64,000 nt of DNA, from contig OZ242005.1 in assembly GCA_965204725.1 (NCBI GenBank), positions 4,816,079-4,880,078 of the forward strand, in the 5' to 3' direction. The notes under the pieces are model-generated. The model was not told the DNA's origin and did not search any database. It saw only the letters and a program-made list of their open reading frames with translations. The stretch is from Candidatus Latescibacterota bacterium. Lineage in GTDB: Bacteria > Latescibacterota > UBA2968 > UBA8231. Positions 54,716 through 61,817 of this stretch are shown here, in pieces. The first letter of the stretch is position 1; each line of letters starts with the position of its first letter. A program made the translations under genes and the position numbers.

Positions 54716-57700
54716 ATGAACCATAAGCAGGTATTTGATCACATCCTCGGGCGGCACTACACGAACTTCGACGGGCTGGCCGGGATGCACGTGGAAGACA
54801 TCTACCAAGACCGCCGCGGCCTGCTCTGGATCGCCACGGCCGACGGCGGCGTGGGCCGGTTCGACGGAGCGAATTTCGACATCTTTAGCCTCTCGAGAGG
54901 GGTTCCCCATATCACGGTAATGACGATTGCTGAGGACCCAGACGGGCGAATGCTCTTCGGCACTCTCGGCGGCGGGCTAGCCGTATATGACGGGCAGGGG
55001 TTTCAGGTGCATACCACCGAGCACGGGCTGCCGTCCAATGAGATCATGAGCCTGCAACCCCAAGCCGATGGCTCAATGCGGATGCTGACCGGCGCGGGGA
55101 TAGGCCGGTTCGTCGATGGCCAGTGCGTAGAGTGCGTGACAGAAATTGCGGGGCAGCCGCTAGGCCCGGTGTACGACATGGCGACCGACGCGGCCGGTAC
55201 GACGTGGTTGGCGACGCGGGAGCGCGGGGTTCTCAGCCTAGAGGGCCAGCCCCTGAGTGGGGACTTAGGCACGGGAAGCGGCGCGATGCAGTGGCCGTGG
55301 AAATTCGCCCAAGGCCCCTCCGGCCCTCTGTGGATCGCCTTTCGCTACACCGGTCGCAAACCCATTATCGGCTGCTATGATCCAGCGAGCAACCAGCTCG
55401 AACTCGTCGAGGTGGATGACCCAGCCGAGGAAGCCGAGATCGTCTGGCACGGTACGCGGCACGTGCGCGTCGATGATAGAGGCTTGCTGTGGATGACCTG
55501 CCGGGGCGTCTTGGTGTACGACGGACGGGCTTGGCATCCATTCGCCACCGAGTTGCCGGATAGCCATTTTTCGGCGACGCGACTGACGTATGAAGACCGC
55601 GAGGGGAACATCTGGTTGGGGCTGTGGGGCGGCGGGCTGGTTTTTTGCGATCCGGTCAGCGTCCAGCTATACACCCAAGCCGATGGCCTGCCCGACAGCG
55701 AGGTCCAGTGTCTGAGCGAAGACCGCGAAGGTCGGCTGTGGATCGGTACGATGGGGGGCTTGGCCTGCCGCCAAGACGACCGGATTCGCCCGGTAGATCC
55801 AAGGCGGGAGGTCTCAACGCTGGTGATTGACCAACAGGGGCAAGTCTGGAGCACAGGACCTGAGGGAGACATATTCAAGGCGACGGGTGGAGAGGCCGAG
55901 GCGATTGAGGGGGCCGAGACGACCCTCACGGAAGGAATCGCGGGGCTGTGGGAAGACCAAGCAGGACGCCTAAACGTCTGCACTTCCGAGGGGCGATTGG
56001 GGCGGATCGAACAAGGTCGCTTTACGCCACTTGCGGAGCGGTTTCCCCGCGGTTGCACGGTCGTGTTACAGGATGGAGCAGGGACCCTCTGGGTCGGCCT
56101 CAGTAGGAAAGAGTCCGCGCTATGCTATTATGAGGATGGTCGTTTCCACACGCCGACGGTGGCCGGCGTGAAAGACATCGGGAGTGTGAGTGCTTTGTGC
56201 GAGCACCAAGGCGCACTCTGGATCGGGACGGAAAACTATGGCCTGTTCGCCTTGGACTACGCTTCCGAGGAGATCCGCCGGTTTACGGTGGATCAGGGGG
56301 GGCTGTCGGTCAATGGGATCTCGGCTCTGATGAGCGATCCGCAAGGCGATCTGTGGATTGGGACCAGCGGTGGGGGCGTCCTGAAGTACGACGGCCGGAC
56401 CTTCCATACCATTCGGCTGGGACAGGGCGCGTTGGAAAACATCGTCGAGGCCATTGTGCGCGACAGCCGGGGCCGGCTGTGGTTTGGGACGCGCAGGGGT
56501 CTCATTGCGTATCGGCCCGGGGAGACGCCGCCGCGCATCCTAATCCGCCAAGTCGTGGCCGGCCGAACTTGGGACGACCCCCAAGCCGTGTCCTGCCCAG
56601 ACAGCACCCCCGAGATTCAGTTTCACTTCCAAGGCATCAGTTTCAGGAGTGGGGCCGGGCAGATGCGCTACAGCCACCGGCTCGTCGGCCCCGGCCGGGC
56701 CGAAGAGTGGAGCGCGTTCACGCCCGCCAATAAGGCGACGTACCGAGACGTGCCGGCCGGCCAGTTCCACTTTGAGGTGCGGACCACCGATCGGGATGGC
56801 TTGCTATCGGACATCGCCCGCCTAGAGGTTCGAGTGACCCCCTCTCCCCAGCGGCACATAGAGCACATGCTGCGGGCCTCGCATCAGGGTTTTATCAGCC
56901 AAAGTCCGGCCATGGCCGAGGTTCTCGAACGGGTCGACTCAATGGCCGAGGCGGACCTGCCGGTGCTGGTGCTGGGCGAGACCGGGGTTGGCAAGGGGGT
57001 GTTGGCGCGGCTTATCCACGACCTTAGTCCGCGCCGAGCGAAACCCTTTATAGCGGTCAATTCCGGGGGCTTGTCCACCGGGGTGATACACAGCGAACTG
57101 TTTGGCCACGAAAAGGGGTCCTTTACCGACGCGCATGCCCAAAGAATCGGCTATTTTGAACGGGCTGATGGCGGCACCTTGTTCCTCGACGAGATAGGCG
57201 ATTTGTCCGTAGAGTCCCAACAGCTCTTGCTCCACATCTTAGAGGATAAGAACCTGATGCGCCTCGGCGGCGGAAAGCCGATCCCGATAGATGTGCGGAT
57301 TGTTGCTGCGACCAACAAGGACCTCGAAGAGGCCATTCAGGCGGGCGTGTTCCGGGATGATCTGCTCTATCGGCTGAGGACATTATCAGTATTAGTACCG
57401 CCGCTGCGGGAGCGTCGGGAGGATATCCCGCTCTTGGCGGCGTATTTTGCGAACCAGTGTGCCCAAACCCTAAAGCGGCCGGTGCCGACCTTAAGCGACG
57501 AAGTACTCGCGCACTTGCAGGAATATCCTTGGCCGGGGAATGTGCGCGAATTGGCGCATCTGATACAGCAGGCGGTGGTGCTGGGCAAAGGGGATGTCAT
57601 GCGGATAGAGGATGTACCGCTGATGGCGGCCCCACCTGTTGAACAAGGCTCCGACGAGGGCACTGACGATGACGCCAAAAAGTGGGGATTCTTCGACGAG

Positions 57701-57871
57701 GATGCTAGAAATGAAGCCGAAAAGCAGCGAATTCTGAAGGCTCTCCAAACCACGAACTGGCGGGTCTCTGGCCCGCGGGGGGCGGCTCAGTTGTTGGAGA
57801 TAAGCCCGGAGAAGCTGCGCTATCGCATGCGTAAGTACGGGTTGAAACGGCCCGGGAAGGCGTCGCAGTAA
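54716..57871 (+). CDS. Sigma-54-dependent transcriptional activator with N-terminal beta-propeller repeats + Y_Y_Y sensor region (no TM, no receiver, no kinase)
   Basis: About a dozen repeats of the form G.LWIGT..GGL..YDG (two-component-regulator propeller type). A Y_Y_Y-like block follows (MRYSHRLVGPGRAEEWSAF...GQFHFEVRT). The AAA+ core has GETGVGKG, ELFGHEKGSFTDA (a GAFTGA variant), LFLDEIG and PWPGNVREL. The C-terminal Fis-type HTH is RGAAQLLEISPEKLRYRMRKYGL. I moved the start to ATG 54716. Confidence 0.8.
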   Translation: MNHKQVFDHILGRHYTNFDGLAGMHVEDIYQDRRGLLWIATADGGVGRFDGANFDIFSLSRGVPHITVMTIAEDPDGRMLFGTLGGGLAVYDGQGFQVHTTEHGLPSNEIMSLQPQADGSMRMLTGAGIGRFVDGQCVECVTEIAGQPLGPVYDMATDAAGTTWLATRERGVLSLEGQPLSGDLGTGSGAMQWPWKFAQGPSGPLWIAFRYTGRKPIIGCYDPASNQLELVEVDDPAEEAEIVWHGTRHVRVDDRGLLWMTCRGVLVYDGRAWHPFATELPDSHFSATRLTYEDREGNIWLGLWGGGLVFCDPVSVQLYTQADGLPDSEVQCLSEDREGRLWIGTMGGLACRQDDRIRPVDPRREVSTLVIDQQGQVWSTGPEGDIFKATGGEAEAIEGAETTLTEGIAGLWEDQAGRLNVCTSEGRLGRIEQGRFTPLAERFPRGCTVVLQDGAGTLWVGLSRKESALCYYEDGRFHTPTVAGVKDIGSVSALCEHQGALWIGTENYGLFALDYASEEIRRFTVDQGGLSVNGISALMSDPQGDLWIGTSGGGVLKYDGRTFHTIRLGQGALENIVEAIVRDSRGRLWFGTRRGLIAYRPGETPPRILIRQVVAGRTWDDPQAVSCPDSTPEIQFHFQGISFRSGAGQMRYSHRLVGPGRAEEWSAFTPANKATYRDVPAGQFHFEVRTTDRDGLLSDIARLEVRVTPSPQRHIEHMLRASHQGFISQSPAMAEVLERVDSMAEADLPVLVLGETGVGKGVLARLIHDLSPRRAKPFIAVNSGGLSTGVIHSELFGHEKGSFTDAHAQRIGYFERADGGTLFLDEIGDLSVESQQLLLHILEDKNLMRLGGGKPIPIDVRIVAATNKDLEEAIQAGVFRDDLLYRLRTLSVLVPPLRERREDIPLLAAYFANQCAQTLKRPVPTLSDEVLAHLQEYPWPGNVRELAHLIQQAVVLGKGDVMRIEDVPLMAAPPVEQGSDEGTDDDAKKWGFFDEDARNEAEKQRILKALQTTNWRVSGPRGAAQLLEISPEKLRYRMRKYGLKRPGKASQ

Positions 57872-57878
57872 GGCTGGC

Positions 57879-57924
57879 TTCCCGCCCCGTGTCGGGGCAC
57901 GGGGGGACGGTCTGGCTCGGGAAG
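57879..57924 (+). repeat. Nested-hairpin element, copy 2 (8 nt after the activator stop)
   Basis: The outer stem pairs CTTCCCG with CGGGAAG. The inner hairpin is CCCCGTG-TCGGGG-CACGGGG at 57885-57904. It is the reverse-complement relative of 23591-23637. Confidence 0.8.
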
Positions 57925-57993
57925 GACGGAGACCGGCTCTACGGCTTGTTCAACACGCCCCAATTTTCAGATCGCTTCTTAGAGGACGCTGTA

Positions 57994-58062
57994 AAAAGTT
58001 GTGCAAAAGTTGTGCAAAATCTGTTCACTTGCACAAGTTTTGCACAAGTTTTGCACAAAAAA
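57994..58062. promoter_or_regulatory. Array of five phased 8-mer sites: TTGTGCAA x2 then its complement TTGCACAA x3 (candidate activator UAS)
   Basis: Sites at 57999-58006, 58010-58017, 58029-58036, 58040-58047 and 58051-58058. Spacing is 11 bp within each arm. Confidence 0.6.
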
Positions 58063-58140
58063 GTCGCAAATCAACTTGCGATGACGCCTCATGCTGGCCT
58101 CGTTGAGATTTTTTTTTGCTATCCAACGTCTTGTTTTTCA

Positions 58141-58170
58141 ATCCTTTAGGTATTCCTAAAGGATTTTTTT
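58141..58170 (+). terminator. Intrinsic-terminator-like hairpin (10-bp perfect stem, 4-nt loop, T run)
   Basis: Sequence is ATCCTTTAGG-TATT-CCTAAAGGAT followed by TTTTTT. An A/T-rich stretch with a T9 run lies at 58109-58117 just upstream. Confidence 0.6.
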
Positions 58171-58188
58171 GTGCCGGACCGGCATCTT

Positions 58189-58204
58189 TGGCACGAAATT
58201 TGCA
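58189..58204 (+). promoter_or_regulatory. Sigma-54 (-24/-12) promoter
   Basis: TGGCACGAAATTTGCA matches the TGGCACG-N4-TTGCW consensus exactly. The GG is at 58190-58191 and the GC at 58202-58203. It lies 46 nt upstream of ATG 58250. Confidence 0.75.
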
Positions 58205-58249
58205 ATAGTCTTTACAAGCGCATTTCATCTACCATGAGGCGTAACGGAT

Positions 58250-59395
58250 ATGGAAGCCCTGCTCAACGATTTTGGCCGCGTGTTTTTGCTGGAGTTGGTT
58301 ATGGCCTGCGCCATTACCATCTGCGGTTGCTATACAACCTATACCGATATTCACTTCCGCCATATCCCCCATTGGGCTAGTTGGGGACTGCTGGCCGTAG
58401 GTTTAATAGGCCAAGGTCTATTTTGGATTTGGGGTGCGGTCGAACTGGACCAAGCAGGCATCGTCTTGTTGGTCGGTTTTGTTGTTGGTTACGTACTCTA
58501 TATCTACGGATTTTGGGCACCCGGCGACGCCAAGTTGTTTTGGGCTTTTGTCTTGGTGCTGCCGCCGACGTTCTTCCCCTCCACTTCCCTCTCCTCCTTT
58601 GACGCGCCGATTTGGGCGCTCCTGCTCAACGCCTTAGTGCTCACCTGTTTTGTCTTGCTGGCGCTGTGGGCGGTTTTGCGTCGGGGGCGGTCGGCGGAAG
58701 TCGAGGGGGATTGGGGGCCATCGCAATGGCTGTATCTAGGCTTGGAGTTGGCCGGCCTGATAGGGCTCGTGCTGGGGTTTGGCTCCTTCCTGCTGGCCGA
58801 GACGATGACCTTTGTAGAGGTCGTGGTCGCCATCTTGGTGCTCTATCTGCTCGTTGACCACTTCGTCCCCCAGAGTTACCGGCTGACCTTGGCCCTGCCC
58901 GGTCTTATCCTCGGCGGCTACACGGCCCTGCAATCGGGAGAATGGCTGATCTATCTGGTGCTGTGGGTCCTCGCTTGGGGGGTGTTCTCCCTCTATAGCA
59001 TCATCCGGCATCTAGTCCCTCGGCACTTCGTACAGGCGATTCCTATTCAGGCGTTGCGCGCCGGCATGGTGCCGCAGGTAGCGATCTACGCGGCGGATAC
59101 CGGCGGAGCGGCGGAATACCGTTGTGGCGCAGAGGTTGGGCCGGGGCAAGATGTGCTGTGTTATCCTGGCCGGCCGTTGACCAAGGGGCAGGTGCGGACG
59201 TTGCACGAAAAATCGGCGGGCGGTGCTTTCGCGCCGTTTGGCCATGAGTTGGCAGTGGAACTGGCCGTCCCTTTCGCGCCGATAATCGCCGTCGCTGGGG
59301 TGCTGACCCTAGTCTTGGGCGGCAGTCTAATCAGACCCCTGATACAGTTGTTCTCTCCGTGGCTGCCGTCGCTTCAGCAGTTGTTGGTGGGGTAA
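58250..59395 (+). CDS. Peptidase A24 (prepilin/preflagellin peptidase)-like polytopic membrane protein
   Basis: Two Asp motifs in the expected context: TYTDIHFRHIP and FWAPGDAKLFW (GxGDxKL-like). Multiple TM helices. Confidence 0.65.
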   Translation: MEALLNDFGRVFLLELVMACAITICGCYTTYTDIHFRHIPHWASWGLLAVGLIGQGLFWIWGAVELDQAGIVLLVGFVVGYVLYIYGFWAPGDAKLFWAFVLVLPPTFFPSTSLSSFDAPIWALLLNALVLTCFVLLALWAVLRRGRSAEVEGDWGPSQWLYLGLELAGLIGLVLGFGSFLLAETMTFVEVVVAILVLYLLVDHFVPQSYRLTLALPGLILGGYTALQSGEWLIYLVLWVLAWGVFSLYSIIRHLVPRHFVQAIPIQALRAGMVPQVAIYAADTGGAAEYRCGAEVGPGQDVLCYPGRPLTKGQVRTLHEKSAGGAFAPFGHELAVELAVPFAPIIAVAGVLTLVLGGSLIRPLIQLFSPWLPSLQQLLVG

Positions 59396-59397
59396 TC

Positions 59398-60015
59398 ATG
59401 AACCGAGATAGAAAAGACCCTGTAACACTGGCCTTTGGCGTCCTGTTGGTCGCCTTGCTGCCAACCTTTTTCCTGTTGGTGAGCCACTACCCGTCGTTAG
59501 AGGAGCGCGTGCAACAGTTGAAGCCTAAGCCCTTGGTGCCCGCGCCTTCACTGGAGGATCTGTTGGCGCAAGTCAGCCAAGCCGTATCCGACAGTACGCT
59601 CCAACTCCAACAGGTATGGGCTGCCGAGCCGGAACCGACTTCTGGCCTAGTGGCCGACTACAAGGTCGTGCGCGGCGGCCTAGCGGTCTATCGGCTGGTT
59701 CTATTCCGCCACGACATCGCCTGTAGCGTGTGCCGGGACGTGTTGGCCGCCGCTCTGTACGATGGCGACTCACTGGTGCAGATCTTTCTGCTCGACGATT
59801 GGGAGGTGCGCGGCGAGCGGGTTGATACCGCACAGTTTTTGCGCCAATTCGCGGGTCGCCCGCTGGCAACCGAACTGGCTCTTGAGGCCAATGTCGATGG
59901 GATCAGCGGGGCCACGTTTTCAACCGGGGGCCTCGTCGAACAGCTCAACACGGCGGCGGCGTGGGTGCGGGCGCATCCGCTGGAGCCGCCGGCAAGCGAG
60001 GGAGAAAACCTGTGA
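59398..60015 (+). CDS. Membrane-anchored FMN-binding (FMN_bind) domain protein
   Basis: N-terminal TM helix (LAFGVLLVALLPTFFLLV). C-terminal FLRQFAGRPL...NVDGISGATFSTGG is the flavinylation-type SGAT motif. I moved the start to ATG 59398. Confidence 0.7.
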   Translation: MNRDRKDPVTLAFGVLLVALLPTFFLLVSHYPSLEERVQQLKPKPLVPAPSLEDLLAQVSQAVSDSTLQLQQVWAAEPEPTSGLVADYKVVRGGLAVYRLVLFRHDIACSVCRDVLAAALYDGDSLVQIFLLDDWEVRGERVDTAQFLRQFAGRPLATELALEANVDGISGATFSTGGLVEQLNTAAAWVRAHPLEPPASEGENL

Positions 60016-60551
60016 ACGCTCTCAGACCCAATCGCTGGGCTACGACCTTGATCGTGGCTACGGGCCTCCTGTTGGGAGCCTGTGTATTCCTAGCGGCCAA
60101 GATCGTCAATCCTCCGCCGATTGATCGGCTCGATGTGGCGTTTTGGGATTTGCTGGGTACGCAAGCGGCTATCCTCGAATTAGAGAGCCTGACGGGCACA
60201 GACAAGGTTTCCAACGCGCAGTTTGCGGGCGAGCCCTATCTGCTCATTTTCGCCGACCCGACTTGCAGTGCCTGCGAGGCCATTTATCCCCACTTGCTGC
60301 GCGCCTCGCAAGTGCAGGGCGTGAATGTCCTGTTCATTGCCTCGGGCGACCGGCAGGCGATGCAAGACAAAGTGGAGGAACACAGTTTTGCATTCCCGGT
60401 CGCCTTTGATTCCCTGTTGACGGCCAATAAGCCCTTTGAGGTGGGTGCTTTTCCCGCCTCTGTACTGGTGGATGCCGAAGGCAACATTGCCAAAGCCGCT
60501 ACCGGCGATCAGGGTGCTGTCGCCGTAATACGCTTGGCTGGTAGTTCCTGA
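60012..60551 (+). CDS. Thioredoxin-fold (TlpA/redoxin-like) protein, CSAC active site, membrane-anchored
   Basis: TM helix ATTLIVATGLLLGACVFLAA, and LLIFADPTCSACEAIYP. Its GTG start overlaps the upstream stop (GTGA at 60012-60015). Confidence 0.7.
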   Translation: MNALRPNRWATTLIVATGLLLGACVFLAAKIVNPPPIDRLDVAFWDLLGTQAAILELESLTGTDKVSNAQFAGEPYLLIFADPTCSACEAIYPHLLRASQVQGVNVLFIASGDRQAMQDKVEEHSFAFPVAFDSLLTANKPFEVGAFPASVLVDAEGNIAKAATGDQGAVAVIRLAGSS

Positions 60552-60566
60552 AAGGATGGATGCGCC

Positions 60567-61271
60567 ATGTACGTTGTAACTCTCTTGCGTCGTCCGGTGG
60601 TGTGGACGGTGGTGGCCAGCGTCGCGGTCGTGGTCTTTTTGGCCTTGCGTCCCTCTTCGTCGGCCCTCTCGCCGGTGGTGTGGACCGAGCCCTCGGCTAA
60701 TCCGCTGGCCGAGGTGCTGCGGCCGGGGGATACCGCGCCGGACTTCGCGCTGCCGGCGGTACAGGGCGGCACGGTCGCCTTGAGTGCGTTGCGGGGAAAG
60801 CCCGCTTTGCTGGCCTTTGTTACGGCGGAGTGTCCGTATTGTCAGAAGCTATACAAGCAACTCGAAGCCTTTGAACTGAATGCGGACCAACAACTCGTAT
60901 TCATCTGCCCAAGCGAGGAGGGTGCTCGGAAAATCAGCGAGACCTATTCCTTTACGTATCCGGTGTTGATCGACTCGGCTGGGGCGATTTCACAGGCGTA
61001 CAAAACCCCTGGGGTGCCTGCGGTGTATCGGGTCGGCCCCGAGGGGAAGATTGTGGATTTGGCGGTGGGATGGCCGACGGCTTGGACGTTTGTTCGGGGT
61101 TTTGGCCGCCTCCAGCTTAGCGAAGGCTCTGAAGGTTATTCGTTTAATGGCTCAATCATCATGCTGGCCCAGAAAGGAGGTGCATCCCGTGCTCGTAGGT
61201 TTGATGCTCGTCAGCAACCACAACGGTTTGCTGATCCTTTTTCCAATTACTCAAGGAGAATTGCGTTATGA
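60567..61271 (+). CDS. Thioredoxin-fold (TlpA/redoxin-like) protein, CPYC active site, membrane-anchored
   Basis: TM helix VVWTVVASVAVVVFLAL, then PGDTAPDFALP...ALLAFVTAECPYCQKL...GVPAVYRVGPEG. Confidence 0.7.
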   Translation: MYVVTLLRRPVVWTVVASVAVVVFLALRPSSSALSPVVWTEPSANPLAEVLRPGDTAPDFALPAVQGGTVALSALRGKPALLAFVTAECPYCQKLYKQLEAFELNADQQLVFICPSEEGARKISETYSFTYPVLIDSAGAISQAYKTPGVPAVYRVGPEGKIVDLAVGWPTAWTFVRGFGRLQLSEGSEGYSFNGSIIMLAQKGGASRARRFDARQQPQRFADPFSNYSRRIAL

Positions 61272-61609
61272 AATCTCTACTTTTGTTCTTGCAGGCGGTG
61301 CTGGTGCTGCCGCTGGTGGCTCCGCTGGTGGAGTTCGCCACGTCAACCAGCGGGCACGTTGAGCCGCGTGAGGGGTTGGCGCTGGGCTGGCTGGGCAGCG
61401 TGGTGGCGGGGCTGGCGGTGGTGTTCGGCACGGCCGACCAGACCCAGGCCGATTCCTGCTACGGAATCTCGGAGGGAAGCAAGGGATCGTACACAACGTC
61501 GGATCCATGCGAGTGGAGGGACCATAAACCCTTCAGGTATTGGGTGAATTATTATCGCCACTACGAAGGGGGACCGGGCTGTGTCTATCTGTATTCTGTA
61601 TGCGTATAG
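61268..61609 (+). CDS. Small secreted/membrane protein with a 4-Cys, Tyr/Trp-rich C-terminal module
   Basis: ATG overlaps the upstream stop (ATGA at 61268-61271). It has a signal-like N-terminus, a second hydrophobic segment (LALGWLGSVVAGLAVVFG), and then DSCYGISEGSKGSYTTSDPCEWRDHKPFRYWVNYYRHYEGGPGCVYLYSVCV. Confidence 0.55.
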   Translation: MKSLLLFLQAVLVLPLVAPLVEFATSTSGHVEPREGLALGWLGSVVAGLAVVFGTADQTQADSCYGISEGSKGSYTTSDPCEWRDHKPFRYWVNYYRHYEGGPGCVYLYSVCV

Positions 61610-61720
61610 CCCGGTCGCCCAGTAGCCCCGTCGCTACGGCTCCCGGCTGTATCTATCAGCGTTTTGCATGCGGTCAGGTGAGCTCCTGTGACGTTATACG
61701 GTAGTTGCCAAGACGACGCG

Positions 61721-61755
61721 CCCCTGTGGTACTTTCGGGCCAAGTACCACAGGGG
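61721..61755 (+). terminator. 14-bp perfect hairpin downstream of the small Cys-rich gene
   Basis: Sequence is CCCCTGTGGTACTT-TCGGGCC-AAGTACCACAGGGG. No T run follows, so its terminator function is inferred only from position. Confidence 0.5.
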
Positions 61756-61817
61756 TAGGCGTCCTTATGTCGCTCAGAACATCCTAAAACAAATCTATCA
61801 CGCTTTGGAGGTTCGTT

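Noticed and set aside
57994-58062. CRISPR-like regular repeats, also considered for 11444..11524.
   Set aside because: The units are 8-11 bp without spacers at the first site, and 2.5 copies of a contiguous 32-mer at the second. No repeat-spacer architecture and no cas genes are present in the window.
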